A DNA stretch of 64,000 nt from an uncultured cyanobacterium (GCA_963765575.1 CAVXWZ010000002.1:160001-224000); one strand, 5' to 3'. Positions 52,268 through 62,141 are shown, counted from the stretch's first letter. The notes: generated by a model from the sequence alone, not told the origin. Program-made: numbers and translations.

Positions 52268-55200
52268 CGGGCCAGGTGGTCGGCGATCTGCTCGGCCAGC
52301 ACCGGACTGGCGGCAGCCACAACCGCGCGCCAGTCCGCCAGGTCCTGGCCCAGGGGGTTGTGGAGCAGCAGTTCTTTTTTGATGAATGGGAAGCGGCGGC
52401 TTTCGATGAGCTCGCGCCAGTGGGTGTGGCTGAGGTTGCCGTAGTGGCTCATGTAGAGCGCCTCAAGGCTGTAACCCAGCCGCTGCAACAGCGTGCTCCA
52501 GCCGATCTCCTGGGCACGCACCAGGTCACGCTTGTCGTCCCACACACCCACGCTCTCCCAGAAGGCACGAAAGATCGGCGCGCGCACCACGTGTTGCCGG
52601 TAAGCCATGAAATAGCTCTGCAGGTGCCGGCTCACCAGCGTGCTCTGCGTGAGCCCCACCACATCGGCCCGGCTGCGTTCCAGTCGCTCGAAGAGGTCAT
52701 CCAGCGGCTGGATCGGGCCGTAGCAACTGTCGTTGGTGAGGATCAGGCGGGGAGCCTGAGCGATCAGCGGCCAGCAGTAATTGATCGCCGCCTTCCAGCT
52801 GCCGAAGTCATGGCCCTCGTTCTCGCGGATCAGCACCACAGCGCAGAGCGCCTGGAGGCTGGCCAGCGCTTCGGCATCCGCCGCCAGCTCCGGGCAGGCG
52901 GACACGAACACCAGCTGGCAGTGGCGTCGGTACTGGCGCAGCTGCTCCAGCAGATCCGGCCGCAGCTGCCCATGGGCATCCCAGTGCACGCAGATGAGCA
53001 GGGGGCGGCCGGGCTGGGGAGCCACGTCGGGGCGACTCCAGCTCCAGATCAGCCGATCCGATGACGGCTGGGGCGGTGGGGGGGCCGCAGCGGCGGGCTC
53101 GAAGCGCCTGGACTCCCGACTCAGCAGGGGGTGAACCAGGGGATCGCCGGCACTGAAATGCAGCGGGTAGCGGGCCTGCAGACACGCGGCTTCGACGTAC
53201 AAGCGCTTGCGGTTCTCGCCCGACACATCCGTTCCCCGGCTCACGGATTCGGGATGGAGGATGTCGGGCTCGGGGGTGACCACCACCAGCTGGCCCTGCT
53301 CCGCCAGGCGCCAGCAGAGATCCACGTCGTTGTAGGCCACCGCGAAGTCCTCGTCGAAGCCGCCGAGGCGATCGAAGTCGGGGGCACGCATCAGCAGGCA
53401 GGCACCGGTGGCCGCCGACCACTGCTCCTGCACCTCCAGGGCCAGCACCATGGCGCTGGCCGGACCGGGACGCATCCTCTTGCCAGGGGAGTGCATCTCA
53501 TGCACGCGGCCATCAGCGGCCATCAGACCCTGGTGCTGGATGCGGCCATCGCCGTAGAGCAGACGGGCGCTGACCGCACCCACCCCCTGGAAGCCGAAGG
53601 GATCGAGAAGCTGTTCGATCGCCCGGGGGGAGCGCAGCACGATGTCGTTGTTGAGAAACAACAGAAAATTGCCGCTGCAGAGCGGGCGGGCGGCGTTGTT
53701 GAGGGCAGCGAAATTGAACGGCCGCTCGTCGCGCATGCCGATCAGGGGCACGGCCGTCAGAGCCTGCAGTTCGCTGGCCAGCCCGATGGCCTCGGGCTCG
53801 GTGCTGCCGTTGTCGATCAGCACGATCTCCAGCGGCACGCCTTCGGCCTGATCCAGAAGAGACTGCACACAGCGCCGGGTGAGGGCGGCCTGGTCGCGGA
53901 AGGGGATCAGCACCGACACCCGATCCTGTGGTTGCCGTGAACGCCGCACCATGAACGTGCCCGGGCGCGGGCCGGGGGTGAGGGTGCCTCTGGGGGTGAG
54001 CCAGTGGGCGGCGTGGCGCCGGGTGAGGGCGGCGATCTGCCGCTGCTGTTCGGCCCCCAGAGCCCGCTGCAGCAGCGGGGGGGCATGGGCCAGCACGGCG
54101 GGGTTGGTGATCGGATCGCGGCGCAGCAGCACCTGGGGCAGCTGCAGGATGCGGCCGCCCCGCCGCAGCACCTCCAGGGCCAGGTCGCGCAGCAGGGCGT
54201 GCAGGCAACCATGGACGGCGGGCCGCAGCTCGGCGATCAGCGCCGCCGGCACGGCCACCAGCCCGGGGACCGCCCCCCTGGTGAGCACCCGGAACGGGGT
54301 GGGCGCCCCTTCGAGCTGGCGCAGCCCCACCTGATCGGGTTGGCGTCCCCAGATCAGCTCCTCATCCGAGCAGAGCAGCTCGGCGCTCTCCCAGGCGAGC
54401 CGGCGCCGCAGCGTCTGCCAGGCCCCGGCCAGCGGGCGGTCGTCGAGCCCTTGAAACACCAGCAGCAGATCCCCTGCCGCCGGCACCATCCAGCGGTGGA
54501 CCTGCTCCAGCAGCGGCCGCTCCAGCAGCAGCAGCTCGGCCTGCTCGAAGCCGCCCTCCAGGGCGCAGTGCTCTGCCCGGCGCCGCAGGCAGGCCTCACC
54601 CAGCTGATCGAGCTGGGCCGCGGTGACCGCCAGCAGCAGCAGCGCGCGCCAGGGCCGGGCGGGGCTGTCCAGGCTTGCGGGCCGGGCTGGCGGGCCGTCC
54701 CCGGGACGGGCCGCAACCAGTGCTCCAGCAGACGGGCCACCCGCTCGGGGCTGCGGCGGGCCAGCCAGTGGGCATCGACGGCCAGCAGCGGACGGCTCCG
54801 GGCGGGGACGGGGCGGGTGCAGGGGCCGCACGCCATCGGCAGCGGCGAAGCACTGCACCAGTGGCGCCCCAGACCGCTCCACCAGCCCCCGGATCCAGTC
54901 GCCCCAGCAGGCGGGCAATGCACCGGCACCAGTCCAGAGCACATAGCGGGCGCCGTTGCCGAGGGCATATCGGCAGGCCTCGCGCACCAACGCGGCCCCG
55001 TCGGCGGGTCCGGCGATCACCCTGCTGGCCCCGAAACCCAGGCCCATGGCCCGCAGCCGGGCCTGGGCCGATGTCCGCTCCGGAGCGTCTGTCGCCGCCG
55101 CCAGCTCCAGCCACACCCAGGTGGGCTGAAGCTCGCGATCGAGCTCGCTGGGGCGCCAGCGCCGCAGGGCCGAGGGAATGGCTGCGGCCGCCGGCACGGC

Positions 55201-55707
55201 TTCGAGCGCCAAGCACTCCAGCACGCTGAGCTGGTGCAGCCAGGCGCGGCGCTCGGGCGTGCACCAGAGACTCTCGCGAACCACCTCGATCGGCACCGGT
55301 GGCAGCTCGCTGTAGAGCGGTAGCTCCCCCCGCAGCACTCGGTTGAGACCACGGCGCACGAAGGCCTGCAGGTCGTCGCCGTGGCAGTAGGCCAGACGGC
55401 GCGCATCCAGGGGCGAATGGGCCAGCGCCGCCGGCAGCACGGGCGCCAGCAACAACGGGGCGGGCACCAGGGCCGGATCGAGAAAGGCCGCATCGAGGCC
55501 GGGATGGCAGCGACCCAGAACCAGCCGCATCAGCTCCGGTGGATAACCCAGGCAGACCATGGCCGCCACGGCGGCGAGGGCGGCGGTGACATCGCCGTCG
55601 TCCACGGCCCGACGTAGCCGCCGGCTGCAGGGCTCAGCCGTTGCGGCCGCCTGCAGACGCGACAGGCCCGCGCTCGGCGGTGGCTCTGGGCTCGTGCGGG
55701 AGGTCAC
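52240..55707 (-). CDS. Multidomain GT2 glycosyltransferase with a C-terminal rhamnan-synthesis F (RgpF)-like domain
   Basis: VLIPFRDQ, IDNGS, FNFAALNN, FLNND, YNDVDLC; then RENEGHDFGSWK, LTNDSCYGP, HLQSYF, FPFIKKELL. Confidence 0.85.
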   Translation of the reverse strand: MTSRTSPEPPPSAGLSRLQAAATAEPCSRRLRRAVDDGDVTAALAAVAAMVCLGYPPELMRLVLGRCHPGLDAAFLDPALVPAPLLLAPVLPAALAHSPLDARRLAYCHGDDLQAFVRRGLNRVLRGELPLYSELPPVPIEVVRESLWCTPERRAWLHQLSVLECLALEAVPAAAAIPSALRRWRPSELDRELQPTWVWLELAAATDAPERTSAQARLRAMGLGFGASRVIAGPADGAALVREACRYALGNGARYVLWTGAGALPACWGDWIRGLVERSGAPLVQCFAAADGVRPLHPPRPRPEPSAAGRRCPLAGPPQPRAGGPSAGALVAARPGDGPPARPASLDSPARPWRALLLLAVTAAQLDQLGEACLRRRAEHCALEGGFEQAELLLLERPLLEQVHRWMVPAAGDLLLVFQGLDDRPLAGAWQTLRRRLAWESAELLCSDEELIWGRQPDQVGLRQLEGAPTPFRVLTRGAVPGLVAVPAALIAELRPAVHGCLHALLRDLALEVLRRGGRILQLPQVLLRRDPITNPAVLAHAPPLLQRALGAEQQRQIAALTRRHAAHWLTPRGTLTPGPRPGTFMVRRSRQPQDRVSVLIPFRDQAALTRRCVQSLLDQAEGVPLEIVLIDNGSTEPEAIGLASELQALTAVPLIGMRDERPFNFAALNNAARPLCSGNFLLFLNNDIVLRSPRAIEQLLDPFGFQGVGAVSARLLYGDGRIQHQGLMAADGRVHEMHSPGKRMRPGPASAMVLALEVQEQWSAATGACLLMRAPDFDRLGGFDEDFAVAYNDVDLCWRLAEQGQLVVVTPEPDILHPESVSRGTDVSGENRKRLYVEAACLQARYPLHFSAGDPLVHPLLSRESRRFEPAAAAPPPPQPSSDRLIWSWSRPDVAPQPGRPLLICVHWDAHGQLRPDLLEQLRQYRRHCQLVFVSACPELAADAEALASLQALCAVVLIRENEGHDFGSWKAAINYCWPLIAQAPRLILTNDSCYGPIQPLDDLFERLERSRADVVGLTQSTLVSRHLQSYFMAYRQHVVRAPIFRAFWESVGVWDDKRDLVRAQEIGWSTLLQRLGYSLEALYMSHYGNLSHTHWRELIESRRFPFIKKELLLHNPLGQDLADWRAVVAAASPVLAEQIADHLARQPRCSAPL

Positions 55708-55732
55708 AATGCCTGCCAGCAGGTGGTGATCA

Positions 55733-57160
55733 ATGTTGACTGGCTGCCGGCCCAGTGCCTTCCAGGGCCAGCTCAGCGCCGTCGACCTGCCCGGTCAGCT
55801 GGCCCTCGCCCGCGATCCGGCCCTGCTGCCCCGGCACTGGAGCCGTCGGCCCTTCGGCGAACTCTGGCTCGCCCATCACGAGCGCCTGCCGTTGCTGCGG
55901 CTCAGCAGCTCCGCTGCCGACCTGGAGGTGGTGTTTCTGGGTCCGGTGATCGACCCCCTGGGACGACGGCTGAACGGCCTGGACTGGAACCCGCCGAACC
56001 AGGGGCTGTTCCCGGCCCTGGAGCGGCTGCTGCACGGCCTCGGCGGCAGCTTCGTGTGCATCGCCCGCTCGGCCGGCCGGCAACGCCTCTACCTCGATGC
56101 CGCCGGATCGCTGTCGCTGCTCTATTCCCCACGCCTCAGCATGGCCGCCTCCAGCGTGGGGCTGTTCCCCGATGGCGGCGCCGAGGACGACGCGAGCGAG
56201 CTGATCGAGGCGCTCGATGTGGGCCATCGCGACGGCTACTTCGCCTTCGGCCTCAGCCCGCGGCGCTCGATCCGGCGGTTGCTGCCCAACCACCTGCTGA
56301 ATCTGGACAGCTGGAAGGCCAAACGCCATTGGCCACTGGAGCCGATCCTGCCGGCCCAGGACCAGCAACGCGCCCTTGGGGAGATCACCGAGCTGCTGCA
56401 GGCCACGCTGGAGACAGTGATCGAGGCCGGCCATCGCCCCTACCTCTCGCTCACCGCCGGCTACGACTCGCGGCTGTTTCTGGCCCTGCTGCGCCACCAG
56501 GCCGGGGCGGTGGACTGGTTCACCTGGGATCTGCCCGATGCCGTGGCGGAGCGGGACGTCAGCGTGGCTCGCCAGCTGGCCGCGGCCCTGGGACTGAACC
56601 ACAGCGTGATCCCCTTCCAGGCCGCGGCGCCCGAAGAGCAGGCCCTCTGGCTGCAACGCTCCGGCCTGGCCGTGGGCGAGCTGCGCGGCATGAGCCTGGC
56701 CAGCACCGTTGCCGCCATGGGAGCTGGCCGCTACTACCTGCCGGCCATCGGCAACGAGGCCGGTCGGGGGGCCTACTGGCGGGACGATGACCAGGAGGCC
56801 AGCCGCCTGTACGCCGCGACCCTGCTGCGGCGGCTGCGGCTGCCGCTCCATCCGCAGTTGCTGGCGGCGGCCCGCCGTTGGCTGCGGGGGGTGGGACTCG
56901 ACAACAGTCTGTTGAAGCTCGATCTGCTCTACATCGAGCAGCGCCTGGGATGCTGGGCCGGCGTGACGGCCTACGGCGACGCCAACGGCCCGATTCGGAT
57001 TCTGCCCTGCTCCAACCGCCGGATCTTCGAACTGATGCTCTCCCTGCCTGCTGAGATGCGCCGCCAGGACACCATTCCTGAGGTCCTGATCAGGCGCTGC
57101 TGGCCTGAGCTGCTCGCCTACCCGGTCAATGGCCGCGCCATTCCAACTGCCGCGTGCTGA
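55733..57160 (+). CDS. Asparagine-synthetase-like adenylating (PP-loop) protein
   Basis: LYLDAAGSLSL, LLPNH.LNL, LSLTAGYDSR, GNEAGR, YIEQRLGCW. Confidence 0.68.
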   Translation: MLTGCRPSAFQGQLSAVDLPGQLALARDPALLPRHWSRRPFGELWLAHHERLPLLRLSSSAADLEVVFLGPVIDPLGRRLNGLDWNPPNQGLFPALERLLHGLGGSFVCIARSAGRQRLYLDAAGSLSLLYSPRLSMAASSVGLFPDGGAEDDASELIEALDVGHRDGYFAFGLSPRRSIRRLLPNHLLNLDSWKAKRHWPLEPILPAQDQQRALGEITELLQATLETVIEAGHRPYLSLTAGYDSRLFLALLRHQAGAVDWFTWDLPDAVAERDVSVARQLAAALGLNHSVIPFQAAAPEEQALWLQRSGLAVGELRGMSLASTVAAMGAGRYYLPAIGNEAGRGAYWRDDDQEASRLYAATLLRRLRLPLHPQLLAAARRWLRGVGLDNSLLKLDLLYIEQRLGCWAGVTAYGDANGPIRILPCSNRRIFELMLSLPAEMRRQDTIPEVLIRRCWPELLAYPVNGRAIPTAAC

Positions 57161-57888
57161 CCTCCCCTGCCGCCGCCGCCATGTTTCGCTGGGCCTCGCC
57201 ACAGCCGCTTCCATCGGCCCTGGTTGCGCTGCTGGAGCGTGCCGGTGTCAGCCGCTGCGACCCCCACCAGAGCCCGGATCTGAGGGTGTTTCTGCCTCCC
57301 CATCTGCTGGTGGCGGCCGGAGCCACCAGCGAGGGTGTGCTCAGCCAGGCCTACGACGGCCTCGATCACGGGATCAGCGGCGACGGGGCCTGGGGCGGCG
57401 ATCGGCTCGTCAACGCGGAGCGGCTGCTGGGCCTGCGGCCGGCGGAGATTTCCCACTGGCTGCTCACCAACTCCCCCCCCCAGCGGCCCCTGGGACTGGC
57501 CCCGGTGGATCCCCTGCTGGCTGTGGTGACGCTGGCCCTACTGGAGCAGTGGCCCCAGCTGGTGAGCCAGTACCAGCGGCTCGACAACCGTTCGGCGCGG
57601 GCTGGCGCCGCCCCGGAACTGGATTACCGCCTGCGCCTGCGGCCCTCGGCGACTGGCCTGCTGACGGCCTGGGGGGAGCTGAGCGCGCACCGGCAGGAGC
57701 GGCAGGGCGACGACCTGCTGCAGGCACGCCAGCACCTGCAGGCGCTGGCCGGCGCGCTGGAGCAGCAGGTGATCGAGACCCAGCACTGGCGGGAGAAGGC
57801 ATCCGAGCGCCTGCGCACGAACCGGCGCCTGCTCAGCCTGCTGCAGAGACTGCAGGTGCTGATGCAGCGTCTGATGGGACTGTCCTGA
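57154..57888 (+). CDS. Hypothetical protein with C-terminal coiled coil
   Basis: RLVN, PVDPLLAVVTL..YQRLD, heptad-rich tail. Confidence 0.7.
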   Translation: MLTSPAAAAMFRWASPQPLPSALVALLERAGVSRCDPHQSPDLRVFLPPHLLVAAGATSEGVLSQAYDGLDHGISGDGAWGGDRLVNAERLLGLRPAEISHWLLTNSPPQRPLGLAPVDPLLAVVTLALLEQWPQLVSQYQRLDNRSARAGAAPELDYRLRLRPSATGLLTAWGELSAHRQERQGDDLLQARQHLQALAGALEQQVIETQHWREKASERLRTNRRLLSLLQRLQVLMQRLMGLS

Positions 57889-57893
57889 TCAGA

Positions 57894-58778
57894 TCAGATC
57901 AGAAGCCCCCGGGCCAGGGCCGCCTGAATCCTGCGGCTGGCCTCGGCAGCCTCGCTCACCAGGCCTTCGAGCAGGGCAAGACGCCGCGCCATCTGCTCCA
58001 GGTCCTGCTGCTGGGCCTGGAGACTGAGCTGCAGATCGCTGCAGCGCGCCTGCAGGGCTGCCGCCTCCTGCAGCCGTGCCTGGAGCAGATCCACCTGGTC
58101 CCGCAGGGCGAGGCTCTCCAGCTCCTGGTGGCGCAGTGGCTCCAGTTGGCTGGCCAGGTCCTGAAGGTCGGCCTCGAGGGTCCGTCGATCCCGCCGGGCC
58201 TGGAGCAGGCCGGGCAGGCTCGCCGCCCGCTGGTAACGCTCCAGGCACTGGCCATCGGGGGGACGGTGATCCAGGCCGGCCGCCAGCGGATGCTCTTCCA
58301 GGGCCCGGTAGGCAAGCAGGGGCTCGTCGTGGGCGCTGAAGCACTGCAGGGCCAGGAGGGCATCGAGGGGATCGGGCTCTGGCAAGGCACACCGCCACGC
58401 GGCTTGGACATCCCCACCCGGGTCGATGGCCCACGCCACCAGCGCTGGAATCACAGCGCAACTGAGATTCACCAGACGGCAGGGGATGCCAGCCGCGAGC
58501 AGAGCAGGCAGGGCAGAGAACAACTGCCGATCGTCGCGGCCGTCCGCTTGCCGCTCCGAGGTCAGCAGACGAACCAGGGGATCGGCATACAGCAGCAAGG
58601 CGGGGCTGTCCCCATGCAGGCTGTCGGCACTGGGTCGGCGGAGCACCTGCAGGTGGGCCCGCTCCAGGCCAGCCACCAGCTCAGTGCAAAGAGCCGACGA
58701 CTCCAGACCCGGAGCCCAGACCTGGACCTGCGCAACTCCGGCAGCCACCACGGAAGGCACTCTCGCAGCGTCCTTCAT
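57894..58778 (-). CDS. Hypothetical protein with C-terminal coiled coil (probable paralog of 57154-57888)
   Basis: ATG 58778 overlaps the upstream stop (ATGA); RLVN, PDPLDALLAL..YRALE, long heptad tail. Confidence 0.72.
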   Translation of the reverse strand: MKDAARVPSVVAAGVAQVQVWAPGLESSALCTELVAGLERAHLQVLRRPSADSLHGDSPALLLYADPLVRLLTSERQADGRDDRQLFSALPALLAAGIPCRLVNLSCAVIPALVAWAIDPGGDVQAAWRCALPEPDPLDALLALQCFSAHDEPLLAYRALEEHPLAAGLDHRPPDGQCLERYQRAASLPGLLQARRDRRTLEADLQDLASQLEPLRHQELESLALRDQVDLLQARLQEAAALQARCSDLQLSLQAQQQDLEQMARRLALLEGLVSEAAEASRRIQAALARGLLI

Positions 58779-59674
58779 ACCGGAGCGGAACGCCCCCCCG
58801 GCGAGGCGGTCTCCCAGGTCAGAACCAGGTCTGCCAACTGCTGCTGCACATAGCGCAGACAGGCCGCCAGCACGGCATCGTTGCCCCCCCGCTTGTTGAT
58901 CGAGAGGAACAGCGTCTCGCCAATCGGTTGGCCGGGCACACCGCGCTTGAGGGCCAGACCGGCACTGCTGAGTTCGGTGAACTGCTGCTCCATGGTGTGG
59001 TGCAGCAGCACCGAGGGCGTGCCGGTGAGCAGGGTGTGGCACTTGAACCAGAGGTCGTCGGCGTGGCCGGCGATCTCCAGGGCCCGGTCCACATTGCGGA
59101 GGCGCCAGTCGAGCTGGCTGAGCCGGTAGCAGATGCCGTCCTTGCCGGTGGGCACGGTGCGCAGGCTGGGCTCCAGCAGGCAGGGGTCGTTCACCCGCCA
59201 GTCGCGGTAGGGCACCACCGCGCCCTCCTCGAACACCATCTGGCGGCCGCGGAAGGCCACCACGCAACCAAAGCGCTCCTGCGCGCTCACCAGCCGTTGC
59301 AGCCAGTCGGGGGGGTAGAGGGTGTCGTCATCAGCGGTGATCAACAGGGGATCCGCGGCCTGCTGCCCAGGGCTGAGCCGCTCCAGCAGGGGCAGCAGCT
59401 TGCGGTAGGGACCGCAGTTGGCCGTCCAGTGCACCTGCAGGCGCAGGCCAGGGCCCAGCCGCGACCTCCAGATCCGCTGCTGCAGAACGTCGGGCAGCTC
59501 GGCAAAGCCCCGATCCAGCAGGTAGGGCTGGCGGGAGAGAAACAGGTGCAGCTCCACGGCACGGCCGTCGGCTGGCAGCTGCTGGGCGAGCAGGGAATCC
59601 AGGGTGCGCTCGAGGGCGGCCTCGCGGCCGCGAATCGAGGTGAGGCCGATGAACACAGGTGCCGGCAGGGTCAT
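58775..59674 (-). CDS. GT-A fold glycosyltransferase
   Basis: GLTSI, GPYRKLLP, ITADDD.LYP, PTGKDGICY, ADDLWF. Confidence 0.8.
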   Translation of the reverse strand: MTLPAPVFIGLTSIRGREAALERTLDSLLAQQLPADGRAVELHLFLSRQPYLLDRGFAELPDVLQQRIWRSRLGPGLRLQVHWTANCGPYRKLLPLLERLSPGQQAADPLLITADDDTLYPPDWLQRLVSAQERFGCVVAFRGRQMVFEEGAVVPYRDWRVNDPCLLEPSLRTVPTGKDGICYRLSQLDWRLRNVDRALEIAGHADDLWFKCHTLLTGTPSVLLHHTMEQQFTELSSAGLALKRGVPGQPIGETLFLSINKRGGNDAVLAACLRYVQQQLADLVLTWETASPGGRSAPV

Positions 59675-59687
59675 GGCCACAGCCCCG

Positions 59688-62141
59688 TCATGGCAACAGC
59701 CCCAGCTGCATCAGGCGGCGCCAGGTGGGCAGCCCCAGGCTGCAGCCGTATTCATAGGCCGATGAGACGGTCGTGGTCGAGCCCCGCATCAGATACAGCG
59801 GGGCCTCCAGCCGCTGCACCCGGGCCAGGCCGTAGCCCAGCTCCAGGCGGCGCCGGAAATCGACATCGCCGCGGGAGCGCACCGGATAGAAGCCGCCCAG
59901 ATCCAGAGCCGTGCGGCGGCGCAGCATCAGGGTTGTGATGCCGTCGCCGAAGAACGCCCCACCGTCACCATCGGCCTGGGGATCCCCGCTGGCCTCATCC
60001 AGGCGCACATGGCCGCCATACACCGCCACGGCCCCCTGCTGCAGCGCCTGCCACTGCAGCTCCAGCCGCCAGGGATGGGAGATGTCGTCGTCGTCGTGGA
60101 TGGCCACCACATTGCCGGCCATCTGCTCGATCGCCAGATTGCGGCAGGCGTACTGGCCACGGTTGGCGGGAAGGCGCAGCAGCCGCAGCGGCAACGCCAA
60201 CTCAGCGCTGAGCTGCTCCACCAGCGCCGCCAGCCCGGCGGCGGCCTGGGGTGGGGAGCCGTCATCCAGCAGCAGCACCTCCTGCACCGCCACGCTCTGC
60301 AGGGCGATCGACTCCAGCGCCAGACGCAGCAGCCCCAGCTCCGGCCGGTGGCTGGTGATCAGCACGCTGATCGGCAGGCTGGGCCGATCAGCCGGGGGGG
60401 GGAGCTGCTGCCGCCAGCAGGCCAGGCAGGCCGCGAAGACAGCTCCCACGCCGCCACGGGTGGGCAGCAGGGTGGGCAGCAGGTGCGGCACCCCGGCCCG
60501 CTCCGCCGCCAATCGCGCCAGGCCCGCCGTGCGGCTGGGCAGGCCGGCCGCCACCGCCAACACCAGGGCCTCTTCATCCTCGCCATCCAGCAGGCGCAGC
60601 AGCGGCGGGGAGCCGGCAGCACTCGCCAGTCGCAGCAGGGCCCCACGCTCCTCTTCCCCCCGCACCAGACGCAGCAGGAGCGTGAGTTGCAACCGCAGCA
60701 GATGGCGCGGATCCTCCGGCTCGCCCGCAAGCTCCTCGGGGGCCAGGGGACGCAGGCGCAGCGGTTCAGGTCCGGTGTCGGGGGGCGGTGGCGCCACGCC
60801 TCGGCTGTGCAGCAGCACCAGCGCCGGCAGCAGCTCGGCCTCCTCCCCCCGCAGCCAGGCGCAGTGCAAGGGAAAACGGCGCAGCTCATGCAGCAGCCTG
60901 GAGAGCAGCACGGGCTGCCACCACAGCCGTGGCAGACCCCGCTCCACTAGCGCCAGCAGGCCCCGCCGCCGCGGCCGGTTGAGCGCCCCCACGGCATCGT
61001 CGCCAAGCAGCAGCACCCCCTTGACCAGCACCAGACAGGCCGAGGGCGGCAGCAGGGTTGGCAGCCGGTAGCCGCTCTCCGGTTCCAGCTCGGGCAGCAG
61101 GGCCTGCAGCAGCGGCAGGTTGGTGCTGCCACTGCGCACAATCGCCTCCAGCTGGCGCTGCAGAGCCCGCTTCTGCTCCCGCGCCCCTGCCGCTGCCGCC
61201 CTGCCGATCGCGCCCACCAGCCCATCGATGGCCTCCGCCAAGGCCCGCAGCCAGGCCGGCCGCTCCGCCACCAGAGGCGCCTGCAGCAGCCGCATCAGCA
61301 CCAGCCCCCGTTCACCGGGATCGCTGAGCTCAACGCCCCGCTCCAGCCCCAGACGGCGCAGGGCAGCGGCAGCGGCGGCCAGCTGCGGATCGCGGCTGTT
61401 GAGGCCACCCACGAGGACCTCCAGCAGGCGCAGTGCGGGGCCCGACTCCGCCCCCTCCAGGATCGCGGGCCCCAGGGCCGCCGACAGCAGGGCCAGCAGG
61501 GCTTCGCTGAAGCCGGGCTGCTCAGCGGCCGGTGACAGATGCACCAGGGCCACCAGTTGGTGGGCCAGCTGCTGCAGGGCCACCGGGCCGGCGGGCAGGT
61601 CCGCCAGCCAGGCAGCGAGAGGGAAGGGGCGGCCCAGGGCCGTGGGGGCGGGCCAGCAGGGCGGCGCCAGCCGGCAGCGCAGGTGTCGCTCCAGCTGCAG
61701 CAGCTCCAGCGCCGTGGCCGGATCCGGGCGCTCCGCCGAGGCCAGCAGGGTGCGGTAGGGGGCCAGCAGGGCGCCCAGGGCGGAGGGACGCTGGCGGGGC
61801 TCCGGACCAGGCTCAGAAGGCCAGGCATCGAGCGGCACCGCTGCGGCCACGGCCGGCAACAGCTCGGCCAGATCGGGCGCCTCGTCGGCCCCCACCAGCC
61901 CCCGGCTCCAGGGCAGTGGCAGGGCCAGCAGCAGGGCCGGATCAGCAGCGCCCGGCTCCAGCTCAATCAGGCTGGCCCCCAGCAGCCGGGGCCAATGGCC
62001 CGATTCAGCCCGCAGCAACAGGGCCCGATCCGCGTCGCGCACAAAGCCGTAGCGAGCCACCCCGGGAACGGCAAACAGCTGACGCACCAGCTGACGGCGG
62101 TTCAGGTCCAGGTGAATCGAATGGCGTTCGATCCCGTTCAA
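59688..62141 (-). CDS. GT2 glycosyltransferase with a long uncharacterised N-terminal region
   Basis: C-terminal ISVLIT, LLDDGS, NRGQYACRN, HDDDDISHP, RGDVDF. Confidence 0.8.
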   Translation of the reverse strand: MNGIERHSIHLDLNRRQLVRQLFAVPGVARYGFVRDADRALLLRAESGHWPRLLGASLIELEPGAADPALLLALPLPWSRGLVGADEAPDLAELLPAVAAAVPLDAWPSEPGPEPRQRPSALGALLAPYRTLLASAERPDPATALELLQLERHLRCRLAPPCWPAPTALGRPFPLAAWLADLPAGPVALQQLAHQLVALVHLSPAAEQPGFSEALLALLSAALGPAILEGAESGPALRLLEVLVGGLNSRDPQLAAAAAALRRLGLERGVELSDPGERGLVLMRLLQAPLVAERPAWLRALAEAIDGLVGAIGRAAAAGAREQKRALQRQLEAIVRSGSTNLPLLQALLPELEPESGYRLPTLLPPSACLVLVKGVLLLGDDAVGALNRPRRRGLLALVERGLPRLWWQPVLLSRLLHELRRFPLHCAWLRGEEAELLPALVLLHSRGVAPPPPDTGPEPLRLRPLAPEELAGEPEDPRHLLRLQLTLLLRLVRGEEERGALLRLASAAGSPPLLRLLDGEDEEALVLAVAAGLPSRTAGLARLAAERAGVPHLLPTLLPTRGGVGAVFAACLACWRQQLPPPADRPSLPISVLITSHRPELGLLRLALESIALQSVAVQEVLLLDDGSPPQAAAGLAALVEQLSAELALPLRLLRLPANRGQYACRNLAIEQMAGNVVAIHDDDDISHPWRLELQWQALQQGAVAVYGGHVRLDEASGDPQADGDGGAFFGDGITTLMLRRRTALDLGGFYPVRSRGDVDFRRRLELGYGLARVQRLEAPLYLMRGSTTTVSSAYEYGCSLGLPTWRRLMQLGLLP

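Noticed and set aside
57887..57901. GATCA x3 microsatellite at the convergent stops
   Set aside because: Very short and overlaps two stop codons; no support for a function.
58779..59267. 163-aa N-terminal extension of the 457-aa ORF 57894-59267
   Set aside because: Overlaps the real GT gene in another frame; the ATGA junction at 58775-58778 marks the likely start.
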